A stretch of 64,000 nucleotides of DNA from an uncultured Gemmatimonadales bacterium (GTDB lineage: Bacteria; Gemmatimonadota; Gemmatimonadetes; Longimicrobiales; Longimicrobiaceae), in NCBI GenBank assembly GCA_963716255.1, contig OY970303.1, positions 3,328,001 through 3,392,000 on the forward strand. Direction: 5' to 3'. This document shows positions 29,385-39,091 of the stretch, in pieces (position 1 is the stretch's first letter; every line of letters starts with the position of its first letter). The translations under genes were made by a program, and so were the position numbers. Below the pieces are notes generated by a model. That model ran no database searches. It worked only from the letters and a program-made list of their open reading frames with translations, and was not told the DNA's origin.

Positions 29385-31355
29385 TCACTTGACGATGGCG
29401 TCGACGGTGCCGGTGGTGACGGGGTGGTACAGCGGCCGCGCCTTCTGGTAGATGCGGCGCGCGATGGGCTGCCCCCACTCGCCCTGCGCCATGAGGCTGG
29501 TGAAGAGCGGGGCCACGAACTTGCGCCGCCCCTGGCTGGTGAGGAACTGCTCCACCGCCGGGACCGCCGCCTGGTAGCGGTTCCTCACGGCGATCTGAAG
29601 CCAGGCGAAGAGGATCTCGCTGTTCCCCTGCTGCGACAGCCGGAAGGCGCGGTCCAGGTCGCCGAGCTGTGCCGCGGTCAGCCGCTGCGGCAGGGCGCTC
29701 AGGAAGTGCTGCCACTCCTGGGTGGTCCACCCCTGGGTGCGGAGCTGCGCGGCGGCGGTCCCGCCGGCGAAGCGCTGCGCCTCGGCCGCGACGCGGGTGA
29801 AGGCGTCGGACTGCGCGTGCACGGCGTTCTCGGGGAGGCCGGGCTGGTACACCCAGCGGTCGATCTGCAGGCGCTGCTCCAGCGCGGCGTCGCCGCGGAT
29901 CAGGTTGGCGCGCAGGTCGGCCAGGAAGCGGTCGGTGGTCATGGGCTGGAAGGCGTGCCGGTCGAAGTAGGAGCGCAGGTACGCGTCCCAGCGCTCGCGG
30001 CCCACGGCGGCCTCGACGGTGCGCAGGAAGGTGGCGCCCTTTTCGTAGGCGATCTCGGTCATCCCGGCGTCGGGGTCGCGCCCGGCCAGGTCGATGTGCA
30101 GGCGCGAGTCCGGCGACTGGGGGCCGCCCACGCTCTCGATCTCGCCCTGGAGCTCCTGCCACCCCAGGCTCGCCAGCATGGCGGCGCGCTCGCGGCCGTA
30201 GAGCGCCTCCATGATGCGGTTCTCGAAGTAGGTGGTGAAGCCTTCGTTGAGCCAGAAGTCGCTCCAGGTGGCGTTGGTCACCAGGTTGCCGGACCAGGAG
30301 TGCGCCAGCTCGTGCGCCACCAGCGACACCAGGGAGCGGTCGCCCGCCAGGATGGTGGGGGTGGCGAAGGTGAGCCGCGGGTTCTCCATGCCGCCGAAGG
30401 GGAAGGAGGGGGGCAGCACGAGCAGGTCGTAGCGCCCCCAGCGGTACGGGCCGTACAGGCTCTCGGCGGCGGCCACCATCTTTTCCACGTCGGCCAGCTC
30501 GAATGCGGCCCGGTCCAGCATGGAGGGCTCGGTGTACACGCCGGTGCGCGGCCCCAGCGCGCGGAAGGCGATGTCGCCCACGCCCAGGGCGATGAGGTAC
30601 GGCGGGACCGGGTTGTCCAGCTTGAAGCGGAAGGCCCGCCCGCCCGCCACCGGCTCGCCCTGGGGGGTGAGCATCTCGGCGCTCATCACGGCCCTGAGCT
30701 CGGCCGGCACGGTGATGCGCGCGGCGTACGTCTGGCGGATCCCCGGCGAGTCCTGCGTGGGGATCCAGGTGCGGGTGAGGATGGCCTGCCCCTGGGAGAA
30801 CAGGTACGGGTGGCGCTTGCCGGCGGTCTGCGCGGGGGCGAGCCACTGGAGGGCGCTGGCGCCCGGGCTGGTCTCGTAGCGCACCACGATGCGCCGGGTC
30901 CCCTGCGGGAGCTGCACGGTGAGCGGGGTCCCCAGGATGGAGTCGGCCTGACCGAACGACCACTGGAGGGCGCGCCCGGAGGCGTCGGTCACGCCCTGCA
31001 CGGCGAGGTCGCGGGTGTCCAGGACGATGCTCCCGGCGCCGGGGGCGGTTTCCACGTCCAGGGCGGCGGTGCCGGACAGCTTCTTCGCCGCGAAGTCGGT
31101 GCGCAGGTCCAGCTCCACGTGCGTGACGCGCGCCTCTTCCGGCCGCGCGAAGGAGTGGATGTCGCGCACGGGGGCCGGGGCGGGCTCGGGCGCGGCCGGC
31201 GCGTCGGGCGCCGCGGGGGCGGACGGTGCCGGCTCGGGCGCGGGCGCGGCCGGGACGCCGGGCGCGCAGGCGGCCAGCGCGCCGAGGCAGGCGAGCGCCG
31301 CGCTCCCCGCCGCGCGGCGGGCGAGAGCGGAGCGGAGCAGCGCTACGGGTTGCAT
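29385..31355 (-). CDS. M1 family aminopeptidase (leukotriene A4 hydrolase-like), probable lipoprotein
   Basis: GGMEN, HELAH-x18-E (WLNEG), YEKG; lipobox LAAC. Confidence 0.95.
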   Translation of the reverse strand: MQPVALLRSALARRAAGSAALACLGALAACAPGVPAAPAPEPAPSAPAAPDAPAAPEPAPAPVRDIHSFARPEEARVTHVELDLRTDFAAKKLSGTAALDVETAPGAGSIVLDTRDLAVQGVTDASGRALQWSFGQADSILGTPLTVQLPQGTRRIVVRYETSPGASALQWLAPAQTAGKRHPYLFSQGQAILTRTWIPTQDSPGIRQTYAARITVPAELRAVMSAEMLTPQGEPVAGGRAFRFKLDNPVPPYLIALGVGDIAFRALGPRTGVYTEPSMLDRAAFELADVEKMVAAAESLYGPYRWGRYDLLVLPPSFPFGGMENPRLTFATPTILAGDRSLVSLVAHELAHSWSGNLVTNATWSDFWLNEGFTTYFENRIMEALYGRERAAMLASLGWQELQGEIESVGGPQSPDSRLHIDLAGRDPDAGMTEIAYEKGATFLRTVEAAVGRERWDAYLRSYFDRHAFQPMTTDRFLADLRANLIRGDAALEQRLQIDRWVYQPGLPENAVHAQSDAFTRVAAEAQRFAGGTAAAQLRTQGWTTQEWQHFLSALPQRLTAAQLGDLDRAFRLSQQGNSEILFAWLQIAVRNRYQAAVPAVEQFLTSQGRRKFVAPLFTSLMAQGEWGQPIARRIYQKARPLYHPVTTGTVDAIVK

Positions 31356-31494
31356 TCTCTGTTCGTCGTCGTCGGGGGAGTGGAGCGGCCCGCGGCGCGG
31401 GGGCGCCGCCGGACGGGGCGTAAGACCCGGACGGCGCGAAATCTGTTCCCTCGGCCCGCGGGTGGGTTCGCCCCGCGGACGCCAGTGCGATCCC

Positions 31495-31621
31495 CGCGTG
31501 AGGGATTTCGGCCCGGAGGGGCGAGACCCGCGCAGTTTGCGGGGCTCGACTCCGTTGAGCAGCGTTGTTTGCTGCTCTACGGAGCCGAAGCCCGACCCCG
31601 GCGCCAGCCGGGGGCACGCCC
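31495..31621 (-). repeat. Structured ~130-bp dispersed repeat, copy 5
   Basis: Almost identical to copy 4. Confidence 0.92.
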
Positions 31622-31644
31622 GAACCCGCCCTTCCGGAAAGCCC

Positions 31645-32451
31645 CTACAACGGCATCCCCAGCCGCTCCGCGGCACGACTCCGGTACAGGCGGCTCAGGT
31701 GCAGCTCGGTGCCGTCCAGCAGCGAAACCCGGTAGTCGCCGCCGAACCAGGGACGCAGCTCCCGCACGCGGTCCAGGTTGACGATGGTGGAGCGGTGCAC
31801 GCGCAGGAAGCGGCGCGGGTCCAGGCGCGCCTCCAGCTCGGCCATGGTCTCGCGCACACGGTACGCTTCGGCGCCCACGTGCAGCTCGGCGTAGTTGCCC
31901 CGCGCGCCCACCCAGTCGATCTCGCCGGCGCGCAGGAACAGGATGCGTCCCTCGGCGCGCACCAGCAGCCGCTCCACCGGGGGCGGCGCCTCCGCGGCGG
32001 TCGCCGTCCCTTCCCCGTCGGCGCCGCGCGCGGCCAGGTCGCCCAGCAGCCCGATCAGCCGGCGGCGGTGCTCGCGCGTGTCGCGGCGGCGGATCCGCTC
32101 GCGCGCCCGGCCGAACGCCCGGTGGAAGCGGCCGGGGTCGAAGGGCTTGAGGAGGTAGTCCAGGGCGTGCACCTCGAAGGCGCGCAGGGCGTAGCGGTCG
32201 TACGCGGTGACGAACACCACGTACGGCACGGCGTCGGCGCCCAGCGCGTCCAGCACGCCGAAGCCGTCGCGCCCGGGCATCTGCACGTCCAGCAGCAGGA
32301 GGTCGGGCGCGAGGGTGCGCACGGCCTCCACGGCCTCGTCGCCGGTGGCCGCGGAGCCCACCACCTCGGCGTCCGGCTCCCCGCGGAGCAGGCGCAGCAC
32401 GCGGCGGCGGGCCAGCGGCTCGTCATCGACCACCAGTGAACGGATCGCCAT
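31645..32451 (-). CDS. LytTR family response regulator
   Basis: VVDDEPLAR, LLDVQMP, VFVTAYD, DYLLKPF, FLRVHRS.IVN. Confidence 0.95.
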   Translation of the reverse strand: MAIRSLVVDDEPLARRRVLRLLRGEPDAEVVGSAATGDEAVEAVRTLAPDLLLLDVQMPGRDGFGVLDALGADAVPYVVFVTAYDRYALRAFEVHALDYLLKPFDPGRFHRAFGRARERIRRRDTREHRRRLIGLLGDLAARGADGEGTATAAEAPPPVERLLVRAEGRILFLRAGEIDWVGARGNYAELHVGAEAYRVRETMAELEARLDPRRFLRVHRSTIVNLDRVRELRPWFGGDYRVSLLDGTELHLSRLYRSRAAERLGMPL

Positions 32452-33625
32452 CGCTCGCTCCTCCGGGTTCGGCGCGCCCCCATCCCCCGTCCGCGGCCGC
32501 GTGCGCCGGCTCGCCGTCGGCGGGGGCGAGCCGCAGCGGCAGCGTCACCGTGGCGGACACGCCGCCCCCCGGCGCGCCGCGCACTTCGAAGCGGTGCTCG
32601 GCGCCGTACAGCTGGCGCAGCCGGGCGCGGGTGTTCCCCAGCCCCACGCGCTCGCGAACCGCCCCCCCGGCGGGGAGGCCGCCGCCGTCGTCGCGCACCT
32701 CCAGCCGCAGCCGCCCGTCCTCGCGCCCGGCGGACACGTCGATGCTCCCGGGCCCGGCGCGCTCGCCGATGCCGTGGCGGATGGCGTTCTCCACCAGCGG
32801 CTGCAGGAGCAGGTTGGGGACGCGGGCGTCCAGCGTGTCGGGGTCGATGTCCATGCGCACGGACAGGCGGTCGCGGAAGCGCGCCTGCTCGATCTCCAGG
32901 TAGGCCCGCAGGAAGTCCAGCTCGCGCCGCAGCGTCACCTCCTGCGCGCCGGCGTTGTCCACGCTCAGGCGCAGCAGGTCGCCCAGCCGCACGATCATGC
33001 GCTCGGCGGCGTCGGGGCTCTCGTGGACCAGCTCGGAGATGGTGTTCAGGGTGTTGAAGAGGAAGTGCGGCTGGATCTGCGAGCGGAGCGCCTCCAGCTG
33101 GGCCCGCGCGAGCTGCGCCTCCAGCCGGGAGGCGTGGAGCTCGCGGTCGCGGTACTTGCGGTAGTACTCCCAGGCGTAGCGCATCCCCACGATGATCCAG
33201 TACCACTGCACGTTCCAGTGGAAGGTCGCGGCGAAGTACGACCCGAACCGCACCGTCTTCGCCGGCCACAGGAGCTGCGCCACCTCCACGTTGGCGGCGA
33301 CGCTGGCGGTGGCGAACCCGGCGCAGGCGGCCAGGTGCACGAGGAGCGAGCGCAGCCGCGTCCCCCGGTCGAAGCGGAAGCGCCCCGCCACCCACAGGAT
33401 CCCGGGGGTGAGCAGCGCCCACACGTACGCGTCGGTGAAGTTGGCGACGAGCCCGCGGGCGTCGGCCGGGCTGCCGGTGGCGAGCGCGCTGAGGTAGGGG
33501 CGGGTGCCGTAGAACAGCCCCACCAGCGTCCAGCACGCCAGGATGAACGCGAGAAGGGCGCGGCGCTTCTGGAGGAAGTGCCGCGCCGGGCCGGGCGGGT
33601 GGGGAGGGGTGCCGGGTGCGCTCAT
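32423..33625 (-). CDS. LytS/YehU-like sensor histidine kinase
   Basis: TM region; QIQPHFLFNTLN, LQPLVENAIRHG, V.DDG.G, VGLGN. Confidence 0.93.
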   Translation of the reverse strand: MSAPGTPPHPPGPARHFLQKRRALLAFILACWTLVGLFYGTRPYLSALATGSPADARGLVANFTDAYVWALLTPGILWVAGRFRFDRGTRLRSLLVHLAACAGFATASVAANVEVAQLLWPAKTVRFGSYFAATFHWNVQWYWIIVGMRYAWEYYRKYRDRELHASRLEAQLARAQLEALRSQIQPHFLFNTLNTISELVHESPDAAERMIVRLGDLLRLSVDNAGAQEVTLRRELDFLRAYLEIEQARFRDRLSVRMDIDPDTLDARVPNLLLQPLVENAIRHGIGERAGPGSIDVSAGREDGRLRLEVRDDGGGLPAGGAVRERVGLGNTRARLRQLYGAEHRFEVRGAPGGGVSATVTLPLRLAPADGEPAHAAADGGWGRAEPGGASDGDPFTGGR

Positions 33626-33780
33626 GCCGTCCTGGGGGTGGGGACCGGGCTGCACTCCCAAGCTCGGGGAAGCGGCGGCGGGCCGCCACGCGGGGGGGAC
33701 GAGGCGTGCCCCCGCGGGGCGGGCGGTGCACGGCGGGGGCGGACCGCGGGCCCGGGACGGCCCCGGGCTCCAGGGCCGGC

Positions 33781-34575
33781 TTACATGTAGGTGGCGATGC
33801 GCGCCTGGAGGCGCTCCAGCCGGGCGCGGTAGCCGCGGCTCAGCCGCAGCTCGGCGCCGTCGGCCAGGGTGACGCGGTAGTCGCCGCCCGCGCCGGGGCG
33901 CAGCTCGCGGACGCGGTCCAGGTTGACGATGGCGGAGCGGTGCACGCGCAGGAACACGCCGGGGTCCAGCCGCGCCTCCAGCGCGCCCATGGTCTCGCGG
34001 ATCAGGTGCGTGCGCCCCGCGGCGTGCAGCTCGGCGTAGTTGCCCTCGGCGCCGATCCAGTCCACCTCGGCGGTGCGCACCAGGAGCACGCGGTCGCCGG
34101 AGCGCACCAGCAGCCGCTCCAGGTACCCGCCCGCGGGGGCGTCGTCCCGCGCCCTGGCCAGCCGGTCGAGCGCGGCCTGGAGCGCTTCCCGCTCGCGCTC
34201 GGCGTCCCGCTCCCCGGCGGCGGCGAGGGCGCGGCGGAACGCCACGCGGAAGCGGTCCGCGCCGAAGGGGTCCACCAGGCAGTCGAGCGCCTGCACGTCG
34301 AAGGCGCGCAGGGCGTGCTCGTCGCGCGTGCCCACCAGCACGGCGAGCGGGGCGGCGTCCGGCCCGGCTGCCTCCAGCACGGCGAAGCCGTCCAGGCCGG
34401 CGAGCTCCGCGTCCAGGAAGGCGACGTCGGGCCGCGCGGCGCGGATGTGCTCCAGCGCCGCGGGGCCGTCCGCGCACTCGGCCGCCAGCCGGGCTCCGGG
34501 CTCGTGCGACAGCAGGGAGCGGAGGCGCGCGCGCGTCTCCGGGCGGGTGGCGGCGATGAGCACGTCGAGGGGCAT
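33781..34575 (-). CDS. LytTR family regulator with a degenerate receiver domain
   Basis: LytTR motif FLRVHRSAIVN; receiver has IAAT for VDD and LVDPF for LLKPF. Confidence 0.88.
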   Translation of the reverse strand: MPLDVLIAATRPETRARLRSLLSHEPGARLAAECADGPAALEHIRAARPDVAFLDAELAGLDGFAVLEAAGPDAAPLAVLVGTRDEHALRAFDVQALDCLVDPFGADRFRVAFRRALAAAGERDAEREREALQAALDRLARARDDAPAGGYLERLLVRSGDRVLLVRTAEVDWIGAEGNYAELHAAGRTHLIRETMGALEARLDPGVFLRVHRSAIVNLDRVRELRPGAGGDYRVTLADGAELRLSRGYRARLERLQARIATYM

Positions 34576-34800
34576 CGGGCACCGCGGGCGTCGAGGGCGT
34601 GGAGGGGCGCCGGCGGAGGGCGCGGCGGGGCGGTTGCGGAGCTGCCGGTCCGCCGCCTTCTTTGACTCGCGCGGGACGCCGAAAGTTCGGCCGGCGCGGC
34701 ACCCGATCCGCCACGGCGTGCCGCGCCGCCTCGCAAGCGGCTGCACCGCCGCGCCTTGCGCGGGAGCGCGCGGGCCGACACCACACACCGGAGGGAGGAG

Positions 34801-35727
34801 ATGGCGATGGAGCTTCGCTACCACACGCTGGACGTGTTCACCGACCGCGTCTTCGGGGGCAACCCGCTGGCGGTGTTCCCCGACGGCCGCGGGGTGGGCG
34901 ACGCGGCGATGCAGCGGATCGCCCGGGAGCTGAACCTTTCTGAGACGGTGTTCGTGCTCCCGCCGGACGAGGCGGCGCACGCGCGCCGCCTGCGCATCTT
35001 CACGCCGGCCGCGGAGCTGCCCTTCGCGGGGCACCCCACGGTGGGGACGGCGTTCCTCCTGGCCGCGCTGGGCGAGGTGCCGCTGGCGGGCGACGAGACG
35101 CGGATCGTCTTCGAGGAGGGGGTGGGGCCGGTGCCGGTGCGGATCCTGGCGCGCGGGGGGACGCCCGTGTTCACGGAGCTGTCCGTGGCCCGGCTGCCGC
35201 AGGCGGGGCCGCCGCCGCCCACGCGGGCGGAGCTGGCGGCCATGCTGGGGCTGGCGGAGGACGACCTGCTGGACGGCGAGTGGGCGCCGGGCGGGGCGTC
35301 GTGCGGCGTCCCCTTCCTGTTCGTGCCGCTGCGCGACCGCGAGGCGCTGGGGCGGGCGCGGCTGGACCCGGCGCGCTGGGAGGCGCTGCTGGCCGGGTGG
35401 TGGGCGCCCAGCGTGTACCTGCTGTCGCTGGACCCGGAGCTCCCGGGCTCCCACGTGAGGGCGCGGATGTTCGCGCCGGCCATGGGGATCCCGGAGGACC
35501 CGGCCACGGGCGGGGCGGCCGCGGCGCTGCCCGGCTACCTGGCCGCGCGCTCGCCCCGGCGCGAGGGGACGCTGCGCTGGATGGTGGAGCAGGGGTTCGA
35601 GATGGGACGGCCCAGCATCCTCCACGTGGAGGCGGACGTGCGGGGCGGCGAGGTGGCGGCGGTGCGGGTGGGCGGCGCCTCGGTGCGCGTGGCGGACGGC
35701 GTGCTGCGGCTGCCGGACGGGGAGTAG
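34801..35727 (+). CDS. PhzF family protein
   Basis: DVFT....GGNPLAV, ELNLSETVF, RIFTP..ELPFAGHPTVG, EDPATG, EQG.EMGRPS. Confidence 0.95.
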   Translation: MAMELRYHTLDVFTDRVFGGNPLAVFPDGRGVGDAAMQRIARELNLSETVFVLPPDEAAHARRLRIFTPAAELPFAGHPTVGTAFLLAALGEVPLAGDETRIVFEEGVGPVPVRILARGGTPVFTELSVARLPQAGPPPPTRAELAAMLGLAEDDLLDGEWAPGGASCGVPFLFVPLRDREALGRARLDPARWEALLAGWWAPSVYLLSLDPELPGSHVRARMFAPAMGIPEDPATGGAAAALPGYLAARSPRREGTLRWMVEQGFEMGRPSILHVEADVRGGEVAAVRVGGASVRVADGVLRLPDGE

Positions 35728-35756
35728 ACGCCCGTTGGACGGTTTCGACTGCGCAC

Positions 35757-35800
35757 TGTCTATACACTCTATTGACATCGACGCGCCGCCCAGGTACCGT
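35757..35800 (+). promoter_or_regulatory. Promoter with an inverted repeat ending in the -35
   Basis: TGTCTATA-CACTC-TATTGACA; TTGACA-17 bp-TACCGT. Confidence 0.6.
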
Positions 35801-35851
35801 TGGGAACGCCGCGCAGGGCGGCGCCACACGGCAGAGCACAGGAGGAAGGCC

Positions 35852-36613
35852 ATGCGCGTCGGCGACGTTTCGGTCCGGCTGGTGCCGGTGGGCGGCGGGG
35901 AGATGATCGAGGGTGAGGACGGGCGCGTGCTGGCGCGTCCGCGGCAGGTGTACGCCATCCACCTCGCCAACCACTCCGACCGGCGGGCGGTGGCGAAGGT
36001 GTCGCTGGACGGGCTGCCGGTGACGGAGGGGGGGCTGGTGCTGTCCCCGGGGGCCTCGACGACGCTGGAGCGTCCGGTGCAGGAGGGCGAGCATGGCCGC
36101 TTCACCGTGTTCCCGGAGGGAACGGAGGAGGTGTTCGGCGACGACGGCGGCCGCGGCAACCCCGACCTGGGGCTGGTGGAAGTGGAGTTCCGGCGCGAGC
36201 TGGAACCGCCGCCCGTCCCCGTCGCGGTCCCGCAGGTGCCCTCGCCGCCGCGGGTGCGCGAGTTCGACTTCCCGCCCGCGCCGCTCCCGGCGCCCCCGCC
36301 GGGGACGCCGCCCGCCGCGCCGGCGCGCCCCTCCACGATTCCGCAGATCTGGTCGTCGGCGTCGACGCCGCCGATGCAGGCGCCGCCCGCGCCGGCGGCC
36401 TTCCGCGAGAGCGACGTGGGCTCCGCGGCGGGGACGGGGCTCACCGGCCACTCCGGGCAGAGCTTCCATACGGTCCCCGTGGGCGCCCTGGAAGAGACCG
36501 CGACGCGGGTGGCGCTGCGCATCGTCATCGGCACGCCGGAGGCGTTCGGCCGCGCGCGCCCTCTCCCCGGCGTGGAGCGGCCGGTGCCGCCGCGTCCCGA
36601 GCCCCGCCCATGA
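35852..36613 (+). CDS. Hypothetical protein (beta-rich N-terminus, Pro-rich linker)
   Basis: AGGAGG RBS; Y.IHLAN...R..A.V.LDG, GLVEVEF..E, GTGL.GHS.QSF. Confidence 0.75.
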   Translation: MRVGDVSVRLVPVGGGEMIEGEDGRVLARPRQVYAIHLANHSDRRAVAKVSLDGLPVTEGGLVLSPGASTTLERPVQEGEHGRFTVFPEGTEEVFGDDGGRGNPDLGLVEVEFRRELEPPPVPVAVPQVPSPPRVREFDFPPAPLPAPPPGTPPAAPARPSTIPQIWSSASTPPMQAPPAPAAFRESDVGSAAGTGLTGHSGQSFHTVPVGALEETATRVALRIVIGTPEAFGRARPLPGVERPVPPRPEPRP

Positions 36614-37230
36614 GCGGGCGGCGCGTGGAGGAGGCGCTCGGCGCGCTCCTGCCTGGAGGGGCGCAGGCGCTGCACATCGAGCAGGTGGTGGAGCGCACCC
36701 GGCTGCTCCTGGCGCGGCTGGGCGTCGCGCCCGGGGTGTGGGAGGACCGCCTCGGCGTGCGCACGGTGCGCTACTACCGCACCAAGGGGATCGTCTCCGC
36801 TCCCTCCGGCGACGGGCCCAACGCGCGCTACGGCCGCCGCCACGTGCTGGAGGCGGCGACCGCGCGGCTCGCCGGGCACCTGCACCATCTCAGCCTTGCC
36901 GACGCGGCGGAGCGCATCGCGTCGCTGGACGAGGCGGGGCTCGCCGCGCTGCTGGGCGAACTGGTGGAGCGGGAGGCGGAGGACAGCGCCGCCCGGGCGC
37001 TCCCCGCCGCCGAGGTCCCCCGGCCCCTCCCCCGGCCCGCGCCGCTCCCGGCCGCCGCCGTGGAGGGCGCGCCGCCCCTCGTCCGCGCGGCGGCGAGCGT
37101 CACCCTTCACCTGCCCCACGGCGCGCTCCTGGTGCTCCCGGGTGATCACCCGGCGCTGGCCCGCTCCCCCGCCGCCCAGGTGGGGCGGGAGGTGGCGGGG
37201 CTGCTGGAGGGGAAAGGACCGCCGGCCTGA
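36610..37230 (+). CDS. MerR-like HTH regulator
   Basis: VRTVRYY...GIVS.P......ARYG.RH; ATGA overlap with the upstream gene. Confidence 0.8.
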   Translation: MSGRRVEEALGALLPGGAQALHIEQVVERTRLLLARLGVAPGVWEDRLGVRTVRYYRTKGIVSAPSGDGPNARYGRRHVLEAATARLAGHLHHLSLADAAERIASLDEAGLAALLGELVEREAEDSAARALPAAEVPRPLPRPAPLPAAAVEGAPPLVRAAASVTLHLPHGALLVLPGDHPALARSPAAQVGREVAGLLEGKGPPA

Positions 37231-37440
37231 CCCGGCGCCGGCCACGCGGAGGCGGAGTCTTGCAAACCCAAGGGAAACAACGTCTTCCGGGTGTCACCCG
37301 AAACGAGTTCGGCCGCCCCCGAAGCAGGACACCCGCGGCCCGCTCCCATCCGCGCCGCGAGCCGCTCCCTTCCCGGAAATCGGAAGCCGTCCCCCGAAAA
37401 TCCCGCTATCTCGTTCGTCTGCAAGCACATGCGGGAGGAC

Positions 37441-37456
37441 GGGCACCGCTTTTGCC
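37441..37456 (+). promoter_or_regulatory. Putative sigma54 (-24/-12) promoter
   Basis: GGGCAC-CGCTT-TTGC, exact GG-N10-GC spacing, ~60 bp upstream of ATG 37517. Confidence 0.5.
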
Positions 37457-37516
37457 TGTCCCGTGGCAAAGAGTCTCCGGCTTCGGGGAGACGTAACCTT
37501 TGTTCGGGAGCCCAAC

Positions 37517-38164
37517 ATGAGCCTGCTTTCTCTCGGCCGACGCGGCGTGGCCCTCGCCGCGGTCCTGGCCGCTTCGGGTTGTGCCGGCGGCGGTCTCGGT
37601 GGCCTCGGCGGACTCGGCGACATCCTGGCGGGCGCGGCGGGGCTGCCCGGGTCGGGCCAGCAGCAGGGCCAGGGCCAGGTCGTCGCGGAGATCCAGGGGC
37701 TGGACACGCAGCGGCAGCTCATCCAGGTGCGCACCCAGGACGGCCAGACGGGGTCGGTCCAGTACGACCAGAACACCGTGGTCGTGTACCAGCAGCGGCA
37801 GTACGAGGTGAACAACCTGGAGCGCGGCGACGTGGTCGCCATCCAGGTGCGGCAGACCGGCCAGGGGAGCGCCTACGCGAGCCGCATCGACGTGCAGCAG
37901 AGCGTGCAGGAGCGCACCGGCCAGAGCGGCGCAGTCGGCACGGGGCAGGTGCAGCAGTTCACCGGCCGGGTGGGGCAGGTGGACTACCAGCGGGGGACGT
38001 TCCAGCTCCAGACCTCGTACAGCGGCAACGTGGTGGTGACGCTGCCGTACAACCCGTCCACCACCACGGTCAACCAGTTCAACCGCCTGCGCAGCGGCGA
38101 CTCGGTGCGGCTGGAGGGGACGCAGGTCGGCAACGGGCGGGTGGAGCTGTACCGCTTCTACTGA
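37517..38164 (+). CDS. Gln-rich lipoprotein with two OB-like repeats
   Basis: Lipobox ASGC; LERGDVV and LRSGDSV repeated motifs. Confidence 0.75.
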   Translation: MSLLSLGRRGVALAAVLAASGCAGGGLGGLGGLGDILAGAAGLPGSGQQQGQGQVVAEIQGLDTQRQLIQVRTQDGQTGSVQYDQNTVVVYQQRQYEVNNLERGDVVAIQVRQTGQGSAYASRIDVQQSVQERTGQSGAVGTGQVQQFTGRVGQVDYQRGTFQLQTSYSGNVVVTLPYNPSTTTVNQFNRLRSGDSVRLEGTQVGNGRVELYRFY

Positions 38165-38270
38165 CGCGGCGGCCGTCGCCTCTTACATTGCTTTCACCGG
38201 CCCCGGCGGTTCCTCCGCCGGGGCCGGTCCGCCTGCGGCTTCCTCCCTCCCACCCGCGCGGCTCCCCGCC

Positions 38271-38936
38271 ATGATCGACCTCCGCACGCCCCTCTCGCTC
38301 CGCACCTCGTTCGGCTTTCCGCTCCAGTCGGCGCCCGCGCGCCGGGAGGTGCTGTGGGGCGCTGCGCTGCTGGTGCTGCTGCCCGGCGTGGGGTGGCTGC
38401 TGAACATGGGCCACCGCATCGTCATGGTTCACCACATGCTGCACGGGCGGCCCGCCTGGCCGGCGTGGCGCGGCTACGGCGGGCTCCTGCGGCACGGGCT
38501 GGTCACCTTCGCGGGGATGCTCTACTACTACCTCCCGGCCGCGCTGCTGGGCGCGCTCGCGTGGCGGAGCGGGTCGCCCGCGTGGGCGGCGGGCGCGGCG
38601 GCGCTCGCGGCGCTCGCCACGGTGGCGATCCCCGGGTACATGACGCACTACTGCGTGGCGTTCGACGCGCGGGAGATCTTCGACCCGGTGCGGGCGCTGT
38701 CGCGGGTGCGGCAGGGCGGGCGCGCCTACTGGCGCGCCTGGGGGATCGCGCTCGCGGCGCTGGCGCTGTCGTTCGCGGGGCTGCTGGCGCTGGGGGTGGG
38801 CTTCCTGGCCAGCAGCGTGTGGTTCTGGCAGGTGGCCGGGTTCAGCTTCGCCAGCGTGTTCGCGCGGCAGGCGCGGGACCGCGCGGCCGCGCCCCCGCTC
38901 ACCCCGGCGGCGGCGCCAGGGGAAGCCGGAGCCTGA
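38271..38936 (+). CDS. Membrane protein (DUF4013-like)
   Basis: Several hydrophobic segments; SFGFP, LPGVGW, WPAW..Y. Confidence 0.65.
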   Translation: MIDLRTPLSLRTSFGFPLQSAPARREVLWGAALLVLLPGVGWLLNMGHRIVMVHHMLHGRPAWPAWRGYGGLLRHGLVTFAGMLYYYLPAALLGALAWRSGSPAWAAGAAALAALATVAIPGYMTHYCVAFDAREIFDPVRALSRVRQGGRAYWRAWGIALAALALSFAGLLALGVGFLASSVWFWQVAGFSFASVFARQARDRAAAPPLTPAAAPGEAGA

Positions 38937-39012
38937 AGGCGCTTCCCTCGCCGGGGGCGCTGGCGACGGTCAGCTCCCCGCCCATGGCGCGGGCCAGGTC
39001 GCGGCTGATTGT
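38899..39012 (-). pseudogene. Remnant of a histidine kinase HATPase C-terminus
   Basis: Minus strand reads TISRDLARAMGGELTVASAPGEGSAFRLRLPLAPPPG*; in-frame stop seven codons upstream and no start before the motif. Confidence 0.7.
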
Positions 39013-39091
39013 CGGCGCCCCGGCCCGGGCCTAGATTGCCCGTCCCGGCGAGCGCCCTCGCCGCGGTCCATCCCCACCGAAAGGCCCCGCC

